From Eledone cirrhosa (lineage: Eukaryota): DNA of 64,000 bases. The position numbers and the translations under genes are program-made. Of the stretch, positions 17,001 to 55,579 are shown one piece after another. Each line of letters begins with the position of its first letter. Within the stretch, counting starts at the first letter, position 1. The stretch covers positions 61,318,001 through 61,382,000 of the forward strand of contig OZ024746.1 of the NCBI GenBank assembly GCA_964016885.1, in the 5' to 3' direction. The notes under the pieces are model-generated. The model saw only the letters and a list, made by a program, of their open reading frames with translations. It was not told the DNA's origin and did not search any database.

Positions 17001-19846
17001 TGTTCGTTTGTAAACAAACTGAACAGCCTGAATTTATGCCATACGGTGTTAAGGCAACCACGTCACCTTTTTGTTCAACACTGACACAGGAACGATGTAC
17101 TAGTTTCAAGCTTGTTAGCTATCATCAGCACCGTTTACCCATCTGCCAGATAGTTGAACGTTCAAAAGTATATACTTTCCTTATGAAAATTAACGGCTGA
17201 GCAGCCTAATTTGCATATTGAGTGAGTTAAATCGGTCAGGCATACCGAAAACGATAAATTGAAACAAAATGAAAACGAAATTTCATTTCTCACTCTTAGT
17301 ATGGCACTTACTTAAATGTAAGTATGCATGTATACGTACATACATATATGTATACAGACGTACAGTAGCATGCACATATATATATATACATATATACATA
17401 CATATGCATACAGGTACACATACATATATGCACGTATCAGTTTAGCGGCGCTAACGTCGCTTTGTTCGTTTGTAAACAAACTGAACAGCCTGAATTTATG
17501 CCATACGGTGTTAAGGCAACCACGTCACCTTTTTGTTCAACACTGACACAGGAACGATGTACTAGTTTCAAGCTTGTTAGCTATCATCAGCACCGTTTAC
17601 CCATCTGCCAGATAGTTGAACGTTCAAAAGTATATACTTTCCTTATGAAAATTAACGGCTGAGCAGCCTAATTTGCATATTGAGTGAGTTAAATCGGTCA
17701 GGCATACCGAAAACGATAAATTGAAACAAAATGAAAACGAAATTTCATTTCTCACTCTTAGTATGGCACTTACTTAAATGTAAGTATGCATGTATACGTA
17801 CATACATATATGTATACAGACGTACAGTAGCATGCACATATATATATATATATACATATATACATACATATGCATACAGGTACACATACATATATGCACG
17901 TATCAGTTTAGCGGCGCTAACGTCGCTTTGTTCGTTTGTAAACAAACTGAACAGCCTGAATTTATGCCATACGGTGTTAAGGCAACCACGTCACCTTTTT
18001 GTTCAACACTGACACAGGAACGATGTACTAGTTTCAAGCTTGTTAGCTATCATCAGCACCGTTTACCCATCTGCCAGATAGTTGAACGTTCAAAAGTATA
18101 TACTTTCCTTATGAAAATTAACGGCTGAGCAGCCTAATTTGCATATTGAGTGAGTTAAATCGGTCAGGCATACCGAAAACGATAAATTGAAACAAAATGA
18201 AAACGAAATTTCATTTCTCACTCTTAGTATGGCACTTACTTAAATGTAAGTATGCATGTATACGTACATACATATATGTATACAGACGTACAGTAGCATG
18301 CACATATATATATATATATACATATATACATACATATGCATACAGGTACACATACATATATGCACGTATCAGTTTAGCGGCGCTAACGTCGCTTTGTTCG
18401 TTTGTAAACAAACTGAACAGCCTGAATTTATGCCATACGGTGTTAAGGCAACCACGTCACCTTTTTGTTCAACACTGACACAGGAACGATGTACTAGTTT
18501 CAAGCTTGTTAGCTATCATCAGCACCGTTTACCCATCTGCCAGATAGTTGAACGTTCAAAAGTATATACTTTCCTTATGAAAATTAACGGCTGAGCAGCC
18601 TAATTTGCATATTGAGTGAGTTAAATCGGTCAGGCATACCGAAAACGATAAATTGAAACAAAATGAAAACGAAATTTCATTTCTCACTCTTAGTATGGCA
18701 CTTACTTAAATGTAAGTATGCATGTATACGTACATACATATATGTATACAGACGTACAGTAGCATGCACATATATATATATATATACATATATACATACA
18801 TATGCATACAGGTACACATACATATATGCACGTATCAGTTTAGCGGCGCTAACGTCGCTTTGTTCGTTTGTAAACAAACTGAACAGCCTGAATTTATGCC
18901 ATACGGTGTTAAGGCAACCACGTCACCTTTTTGTTCAACACTGACACAGGAACGATGTACTAGTTTCAAGCTTGTTAGCTATCATCAGCACCGTTTACCC
19001 ATCTGCCAGATAGTTGAACGTTCAAAAGTATATACTTTCCTTATGAAAATTAACGGCTGAGCAGCCTAATTTGCATATTGAGTGAGTTAAATCGGTCAGG
19101 CATACCGAAAACGATAAATTGAAACAAAATGAAAACGAAATTTCATTTCTCACTCTTAGTATGGCACTTACTTAAATGTAAGTATGCATGTATACGTACA
19201 TACATATATGTATACAGACGTACAGTAGCATGCACATATATATATATATATACATATATACATACATATGCATACAGGTACACATACATATATGCACGTA
19301 TCAGTTTAGCGGCGCTAACGTCGCTTTGTTCGTTTGTAAACAAACTGAACAGCCTGAATTTATGCCATACGGTGTTAAGGCAACCACGTCACCTTTTTGT
19401 TCAACACTGACACAGGAACGATGTACTAGTTTCAAGCTTGTTAGCTATCATCAGCACCGTTTACCCATCTGCCAGATAGTTGAACGTTCAAAAGTATATA
19501 CTTTCCTTATGAAAATTAACGGCTGAGCAGCCTAATTTGCATATTGAGTGAGTTAAATCGGTCAGGCATACCGAAAACGATAAATTGAAACAAAATGAAA
19601 ACGAAATTTCATTTCTCACTCTTAGTATGGCACTTACTTAAATGTAAGTATGCATGTATACGTACATACATATATGTATACAGACGTACAGTAGCATGCA
19701 CATATATATATATATATACATATATACATACATATGCATACAGGTACACATACATATATGCACGTATCAGTTTAGCGGCGCTAACGTCGCTTTGTTCGTT
19801 TGTAAACAAACTGAACAGCCTGAATTTATGCCATACGGTGTTAAGG
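14052..19846 (-). repeat. 466-bp tandem array (~12.4 units), one hammerhead ribozyme per unit
   Basis: Period 466 (one 462-bp unit near 17.3 kb); units nearly identical; ribozymes start at 14295, 14761, 15227, 15693, 16159, 16625, 17091, 17553, 18019, 18485, 18951, 19417. Confidence 0.95.
14295..14339 (-). ncRNA. Minimal type I hammerhead ribozyme (representative of the 12 array copies)
   Basis: aacggtg-CUGAUGA-t agct aaca agct t-GAAA-ctag-UA-catcgtt: 7-bp stem I, 4-bp stem II, minimal palindromic stem III (ACUAGU), GUA triplet. Confidence 0.85.
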
Positions 19847-20520
19847 TGGTTGCCTTAACACCGTATGGCATAAATTCAGGCTGTTCAGTTTGTTTACAAA
19901 CGAACAAAGCGACGTTAGCGCCGCTAAACTGATACGTGCATATATGTATGTGTACCTGTATGCATATGTATGTATATATGTATATATATATATATATGTG
20001 CATGCTACTGTACGTCTGTATACATATATGTATGTACGTATACATGCATACTTACATTTAAGTAAGTGCCATACTAAGAGTGAGAAATGAAATTTCGTTT
20101 TCATTTTGTTTCAATTTATCGTTTTCGGTATGCCTGACCGATTTAACTCACTCAATATGCAAATTAGGCTGCTCAGCCGTTAATTTTCATAAGGAAAGTA
20201 TATACTTTCGAACGTTCAACTATCTGGCAGATGGGTAAACGGTGCTGATGATAGCTAACAAGCTTGAAACTAGTACATCGTTCCTGTGTCAGTGTTGAAC
20301 AAAAAGGTGACGTGGTTGCCTTAACACCGTATGGCATAAATTCAGGCTGTTCAGTTTGTTTACAAACGAACAAAGCGACGTTAGCGCCGCTAAACTGATA
20401 CGTGCATATATGTATGTGTACCTGTATGCATATGTATGTATATATGTATATATATATATATATGTGCATGCTACTGTACGTCTGTATACATATATGTATG
20501 TACGTATACATGCATACTTA
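19847..20520 (+). repeat. Inverted arm (~1.4 units) of the 466-bp array
   Basis: Reverse complement of ~19180-19846 around a 6-nt spacer (tggttg). Confidence 0.95.
20238..20282 (+). ncRNA. Minimal type I hammerhead ribozyme in the inverted arm
   Basis: aacggtgctgatgatagctaacaagcttgaaactagtacatcgtt reads directly on the + strand. Confidence 0.85.
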
Positions 20521-20540
20521 TATATATATATACATCCATA

Positions 20541-43308
<22,768 letters not shown>

Positions 43309-44492
43309 ATTGACACGAGTTCAATGCTATTGCAGGTGCTGTATTGAACTAAAGGAATGACGTTAAATTAGATTAATGTCAACAACGAGAACGAAGTACT
43401 ACTGTCGTAAAACATCTTTTTTTATAACATATAAGTATTTTATGTTTAATATTACCACATGTCATTTGCAGTCATTTAGTTATTAACAAATGAGAAATTA
43501 TTTTACAAAATTGATAAGGCTTTCTAATTTTTTCCCGGCTTGTTGTTGTTTTGCAACAAGCTTCCAAATCCGTTTTCGCAATTATTACGCAAATTGTTTT
43601 ATGAAATGTCTACCTTTTCTCTTTCTATCAACAGTTTGCTCCCTCTCAGTGTTATTACAACGTAAATAAATTTCTAGTCAGTTTCGTAATATATATATAT
43701 ATATATATATATATTACGATTTATTGAGGCGTTTGAATGATTTAAATTAGATATGTTGAAATCCAAACGCAGATTCGCTACAATAATAGTGTTGGAAAAT
43801 CGGATAAAATGCCCTTGGGGATAAACAATTAGTAGCCAGCAGCCACATTTATATCAAAATCCAGAAATAACTATCTGTCATTTTCACCGCTAGTCAGATA
43901 CTGTGACATGATCATAGTTTATACGAATATTCATAGCGAGACTCTCGTATGTTTATTAACAGAAACATCGTATATGCTTTCATATAGACGCCAAGGATAT
44001 ATATGTACACAGATTGATTACGTTCCTACTACACTATTATTCTGATTAAAGGAATTGGAAGAACAGTCGATTCTGAAGTTAAGACATAAATTGATATACG
44101 AGAGAAATAGGAGAGAGAATGAGGGAAAGTGTAGAAGAGAAGGTAAAGAAAAAGAGTGACTGTGTGGGGGGAATAAATAGAAAGGAAGAAAAAAGAATGC
44201 TTGTAGGAAAGAGAAGGATTGTATGGAAGGGAGAGGAGAAAATAGAGATAGAGAGGAAAATAGAAGCAGAGAAATAGTAGGAGGAATGAGAAAGAGAGAG
44301 TATCCCATAGTACTGTGTTCAATATGGACGACAAAAGAAAGGGAAGGAGGCAAATTGGCCCACACCGCGTGTATATGGTGTTATTTTTGGGGTCTTCAAC
44401 GGGCCGTCTGTTGCTACATTGATGAATACAACTTTAAAATAGTTCAGTGTTGTGGACACGTACAGCAAAAACCGTCCCAGTAGCTTTAGAAA
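43309..44492. promoter_or_regulatory. Putative bidirectional promoter/5' UTR region
   Basis: Lies between two divergent start codons; TE-poor; relatively CpG-retaining; possible DARS1 UTR donor near 43613. Confidence 0.45.
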
Positions 44493-44532
44493 ATGTCCAG
44501 AAGAAAACAACTGAAGCCGCAACACTTTAGCA
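44493..44532 (+). CDS. First coding exon of a NuRD-motif zinc-finger transcription factor (Spalt/SALL-like; BCL11/FOG-like not excluded)
   Basis: ATG TCC AGA AGA AAA CAA CTG AAG CCG CAA CAC TTT AGC A|gtgagt = MSRRKQLKPQHFS followed by a consensus donor. Confidence 0.85.
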
Positions 44533-44899
44533 GTGAGTACTTCAACATACGTATATTTATATACATGCACATAAACGATCATTTTTACACTTTCATACAT
44601 ACTCTATTAACTTTAATTAGACATCCCTGTTAAAACGACGTAATATTCTAATGCTATCCTGCTTTTAGTTGTATAATTATAGAGTAGCATAATTATGGCT
44701 GCATGTCGTATAATAAGATTAACAAATATTTCTCGTATCCTTTCCCTTTGACCCTCGATGATGTTAATTTTAGGCGTCAGTGAGAAATTAAATGCATTCA
44801 ATGCAGAGATACCAGTTGAATTTGGTTTAGTAAAGGGAAGCAACTGTGACTATCTAAAATATGTACACACACACACACACACACATATATATAATTAAG

Positions 44900-45080
44900 G
44901 ATGGTATTTCGTAGGGGATCGGGAAATAACAACAGTTAAATAAGGTACTCAATGTGTTAATAGAGAATAAGCAAATGTATTTTATGTAGAAATTCTACAG
45001 GACGAGAAATGTTTCATTCTTATGAAATCATCACTCCTAATTATCTCATACGAATGAAACAGTTCTAGTCTTGTGTAAGT
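44900..45080 (-). mobile_element. Degenerate relative of the 10.4-kb hammerhead element with small inverted arm
   Basis: Shares taaggtactcaat..attctacaggac..gtttcattc..gaaatcatca; inverted gaatgaaacagttctagtc at ~45052-45070. Confidence 0.6.
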
Positions 45081-45109
45081 CATTTCTATATAATTATGGC
45101 CTGACTTCA

Positions 45110-45680
45110 GGGTGTTTGTCTTTCTTTAATTATAGGCTCACTAGTGTTTGACTTGATCAATGCAGGGTCAGGTAGATACGGCCACAGTGGTTGCAACAAT
45201 ATTGTTCTGGGTTCGGTGCTACTAAGGCCAGCCCTATGTGTATTCTCGGAGGAGACAGTCGGGTGAATGATCGGTGTGTTGCCAGGCATTGCGATCGGCA
45301 AACCACCGGACCGGCAATGGTCTGTGTGACTTGCATGAAGGGATTTCTTCAGTGAATCCTTCTAACCTTTCTCAGACGCCTCCCTGTCATGGTGGCCACT
45401 AGAGACATCGTCATACAGTATTATTTTGGAGATGCAACGATTACTCTATCCTAGAAAGATCTCCTGCTCTCCACTAAATACATATTTAACAGCATGGCTT
45501 CGATGTTGTTGATCTCCGTTTGTTGGGGGATTTCAATGTTGGTAAAAAAAAATGTCAGACCATTTAATGTTGATGGTGCAGCGACAATGCTGAAGGAATC
45601 ATAGGTGGTGACGGGCAGTAAGCCATGACTTTGAACTGTACAGGAAGGTGGTCAGTTGATTGGCTCTGTACAAGCTGATT
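45110..45680 (-). mobile_element. Degenerate RTE (BovB-like) LINE fragment
   Basis: Remnants [21 protein letters not shown]. Confidence 0.55.
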
Positions 45681-45699
45681 ATATATAATATATGTTGCC

Positions 45700-45760
<61 letters not shown>

Positions 45761-45859
45761 ATATATATATATATGTATATATATATGTATATATATATAT
45801 ATGTATGTATATGTATATATATGTATATATATATATATGTATAAAAAAGCACCCAGCAC

Positions 45860-45914
<55 letters not shown>

Positions 45915-45963
45915 GTATATATGTATATATATATATGTGTATGTATATATATGTATATATATG

Positions 45964-46162
45964 AAAAAGCACCCAGCACTCACTGTAAATGAGGTTGGTG
46001 TTAGGAAGGGCATCCAGCTGTAGAAATCAAGCCAGATCAGTTCCTGTATGAGCAAGGCATGGTCAGCCGACCAGACACTGCACACAATAGGACAACCCGT
46101 CTAACCCATGCTAGCGTGGAAGAACGGACGTAAAACGGTGATGATGATGATGATGATGATGA
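45964..46162 (+). mobile_element. RTE 3' UTR end, near-identical to 3294-3490
   Basis: Direct match including (TGA)n tail; 20-nt stub also at ~45844. Confidence 0.9.
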
Positions 46163-46439
46163 TATATAAATGTATGTATATATGTATGTATATATGTATA
46201 TATATGTATGTATATATGTATATATATATGTATATATATGTATGTATATATGTATATAGATGTATGTATATATGTATATGTATATATATGTATATATGTA
46301 TATATATATATGTATATATATATATGTATATATATATGTATATATATATGTATATATATATGTATATATATATATGTATATATATATATGTATATATATA
46401 TATGTATATATATATATGTATGTATATATATATATGTAT

Positions 46440-46495
<56 letters not shown>

Positions 46496-47128
46496 GTATG
46501 TATGTATATATATATATATGTATGTATGTATATATATATATATATATGTATGTATATATATATATGTATATATGTATGTATATATATATATGTATATATA
46601 TATGTATATGTATATATATATATGTATGTATGTATATGTATATATATGTATGTATGTATATATATATATGTATGTATATATATATATATATATATGTATG
46701 TATATATATATATGTATGTATATATATATATGTATGTATATATATATATATATATATGTATGTATATATATATATATGTATGTATATATATATATATATA
46801 TATGTATGTATATATATATATATATGTATGTATATATATATATATATATATGTATGTATATATATATATGTATGTATATATATATATATATATATGTATG
46901 TATATATATATATGTATATATATATGTATATATATATATATGTATATATATATGTATATATATGTATATATATGTATATATATATATGTATATATATGTA
47001 TATATATATATATATGTATATATATGTATATATATATATGTATATATATATATGTATATATATATATGTATATATATATGTATATATATATGTATATATA
47101 TATGTATATATATATGTATATATATATG

Positions 47129-47164
<36 letters not shown>

Positions 47165-47170
47165 AATATG

Positions 47171-47230
<60 letters not shown>

Positions 47231-47246
47231 TATGTATGTATATATG

Positions 47247-47277
<31 letters not shown>

Positions 47278-47278
47278 G

Positions 47279-47327
<49 letters not shown>

Positions 47328-47368
47328 GTATATATATATATGTATATATATATATGTATGTATATATG

Positions 47369-47399
<31 letters not shown>

Positions 47400-47916
47400 G
47401 TATATATATATATGTATATATATATATGTATGTATATATATATATATGTATATATATATGTATATATATATGTATGTATATATATATATATGTATGTATA
47501 TATATATGTATGTATATATATATATGTGTATGTATATATATATGTATGTATATATATATGTATATATATATATGTATATATATATGTGTATGTATATGTA
47601 TATATGTATGTATATATGTATATATATATGTGTATATATATATGTATATGTATATATGTATGTGTATATATGTATGTATATATATATGTGTATATATGTA
47701 TGTATATATATATGTGTATATATGTATGTATATATATATATGTATATATATATATGTGTATATATATATGTATGTGTGTATATATATATGTATGTGTGTA
47801 TATATGTATGTATATATATATATGTATATATATATATGTGTATATATATATGTATATATATATGTATATATATATATGTATGTATATATATATATATATG
47901 TATATATATATGTATG

Positions 47917-47953
<37 letters not shown>

Positions 47954-48000
47954 GTATATATATATGTATGTATATATATATATATATGTATATATATATG

Positions 48001-48031
<31 letters not shown>

Positions 48032-48288
48032 GTATATATATATATGTATGTATATATATATATGTATGTATATATATATATGTATGTATATATATATATG
48101 TATGTATATATATATATGTATGTATATATATATATATGTATGTATGTATATATATATGTATATATATATATATGTATGTATATATATATATATGTATGTA
48201 TATATATATATATGTATGTATATATATATATATGTATGTATATATATATATGTATGTATATATATATATATATATATGTATATGTATG

Positions 48289-48339
<51 letters not shown>

Positions 48340-48449
48340 GTATGTATGTATATATATATATATATATGTATGTATATATATATATGTATGTATATGTATG
48401 TATGTATATATATATATATATATGTATGTATATATATATATGTATGTAT

Positions 48450-48485
<36 letters not shown>

Positions 48486-48612
48486 GTATGTATATATATA
48501 TACATATATATATACGTATATATATACATATATATATACATATATATATATATATATGTATGTATGTATATATATGTATGTATGTATATATATGTATGTA
48601 TGTATATATATG

Positions 48613-48648
<36 letters not shown>

Positions 48649-48781
48649 TATGTATGTATATATATACATGTATGTATGTATATATATATGTATACATGTA
48701 TGTATATATATATATATATGTATACATATATATATATGTATATATACATACATATATATATATATATACATATATATATAC

Positions 48782-48832
<51 letters not shown>

Positions 48833-49072
48833 TATATACATATATATATACATATATATATATATATATGTATGTATATATATATATGTATGTATATATA
48901 TATATGTATGTATGTATATATATATGTATGTATGTATGTATGTATATATATATGTATGTATGTATATATATATGTATGTATGTATATATATATGTATGTA
49001 TATATATATATATATACATACATACATATATATATATACATACATATATATATATACATACATATATATATA
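46163..49072. repeat. (TA)n/(TATG) microsatellite
   Basis: direct inspection. Confidence 0.98.
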
Positions 49073-49626
49073 TGGTCGGGTCGTTGGCGACTAAACTGGC
49101 AACCCCACCAAGGTTTCTTGGTGAGGAGGGTGACTTTGGACATCCTGCAGGACTAAAAACAAGACCTGTCAAAGGGCAAAGGAGCTCTTAAGAGTCAATG
49201 GCCATCCAAAATCACCGGGAGAGATGACCCCTTAGCCTTTGTCAAGGCAGAATTCTAGGAGAAGGAAAACTCTGATATAACACCTGCAACTCTGATGGTA
49301 TCCAATGATGTTGACTTGTTCTTCTTTTTGGTAAATATCATCTTGGTTAAGAGAGTGGGACTGGCTTTGTGCAGTGCCTTTGTTCACTATAAAAGCTTCA
49401 CGGCACAGGCATTGCTTTGTATCTGGAGATCTCTCTGCATTTGTCATCACATGGTACCATGGGCCCAGCGCTGTGTGTCAATAATTGTCACAAGTGTAGT
49501 GTTTGTACCAGAGTTTTCAAGTCGCTGGCTGGACTAAAAAGTCACACTCGTTCAGCGCATCGGTAGGAGTTCTCCTACATAGATATAAAGTAGTGGCCAT
49601 ACTCGAAAACGAGTTGGCAGCCACCA
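49073..49626 (+). mobile_element. Short bipartite RTE-derived non-autonomous element (copy 1)
   Basis: RTE-like 5' motif taggagaaggaaaactctga; 3' C2H2 remnant [25 protein letters not shown] (49489-49566); terminal hairpin ctcg-aaaa-cgag. Confidence 0.65.
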
Positions 49627-50109
49627 TGTATATATATATATGTATATATGTATGTATATATATATATGTATGTATGTATATATATGTATGTATGTATATA
49701 TATGTATGTATGTATATATATGTATATATGTATATATATGTATATATGTATGTATATATATATATGTATGTATGTATATATATGTATATATGTATGTATA
49801 TATATATATGTATATATGTATGTATATATATATATGTATATATGTATGTATATATATATATGTATATATGTATGTATATATATATATGTATATATGTATG
49901 TATATATATATATGTATATATGTATGTATATATGTATATATGTATGCATATATATATATGTATATATGTATGCATATATATATATGTATATATGTATGTA
50001 TATATATATATGTATATATATATGTATGTATATATGTATATTATGTATGTATATATATGTATGTATATATGTATATATATATATATATGTATGTATATAT
50101 ATATATATG

Positions 50110-50142
<33 letters not shown>

Positions 50143-50249
50143 GTATATATATATGTATGTATATATATATGTATGTATATATATATGTATGTATATATAT
50201 ATATATATGTATGTATATAGATATATGTATGTATATATATATATGTATG

Positions 50250-50280
<31 letters not shown>

Positions 50281-50307
50281 GTATGTGTATATATATATAT
50301 ATGTATG

Positions 50308-50338
<31 letters not shown>

Positions 50339-50785
50339 ATATATATATATATGTATATATGTATATATATGTATGTATATATGTATGTATATATGTATAT
50401 ATATATGTATATATATATATATGTATATATATATATGTATATATATATATGTATATATATATATGTATATATATATATGTATATATATATATGTATATAT
50501 ATATATGTATGTATATATGTATATATATATGTATGTATATATGTATATATATATGTATGTATATATGTATGTATATATGTATATATGTATGTATATATGT
50601 ATATATATATGTATGTATATGTATGTATATATATATGTATGTATATATGTATATATATATGTATGTATATGTATGTATATATATATATATGTATGTATAT
50701 ATATATATATGTATATATGTATGTATATATATATATATGTATATATGTATGTATGTATATATGTATATATATGTATGTATATATG

Positions 50786-51398
50786 TTATGTCAGGTCACC
50801 AGTTGGTGCTACTGGTAACATGTATCCCAGTACAACCTGTCCCATGGTCGGGTCGTTGGCGACTAAACTGGCAACCCCACCAAGGTTTCTTGGTGAGGAG
50901 GGTGACTTTGGACATCCTGCAGGACTAAAAACAAAACCTGTCAAAGGGCAAAGGAGCTCTTAAGAGTCAATGGCCATCCAAAATCACCGGGAGAGATGAC
51001 CCCTTAGCCTTTGTCAAGGCAGAATTCTAGGAGAAGGAAAACTCTGATATAACACCTGCAACCCTGATGGTATCCAATGATGTTGACTTGTTCTTCTTTT
51101 TGGTAAATATCATCTTGGTTAAGAGAGTGGGACTGGCTTTGTGCAGTGCCTTTGCTCACTATAAAAGCTTCACGGCACAGGCATTGCTTTATATCTGGAG
51201 ATCTCTCTGCACTTGTCGTCACATGGTACCATGGGCCCAGCACTATGTGTCAGTAATTGTCACAAGTGTAGTGTTTGTACCAGAGTTTTCAAGTCGCTGG
51301 CTGGACTAAAAAGTCACACTCGTTCAGCGCATCGGTAGGGGTTCTCCTACATGGATATAAAGTAGTGGCCGTACTCGAAAACGAGTTGGCAGCCACCA
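50786..51398 (+). mobile_element. Short bipartite RTE-derived element (copy 2, longer 5' end)
   Basis: Few substitutions versus copy 1 (offset 1772); flanked by TA/TATG repeats. Confidence 0.65.

Positions 51399-55579
<4,181 letters not shown>

Noticed and set aside
14473-19526. Repeated 93/112/66-aa ORFs in the 466-bp unit
   Set aside because: Low-complexity, no domain, and broken by the 4-nt deletion in one unit
14052-19846. CRISPR-like array
   Set aside because: Whole units are identical with no unique spacers; eukaryotic context; no cas genes
44991-45037. Functional hammerhead
   Set aside because: C3 is replaced, the 5' strand of stem I is lost and stem III is mismatched; treated as a relic
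50790-50875. HDV-like ribozyme at the 5' end of the RTE-derived element
   Set aside because: A P4-like hairpin (gtcg-ttgg-cgac) and ctaa-actgg are present, but P1 and P3/L3 could not be assembled by eye
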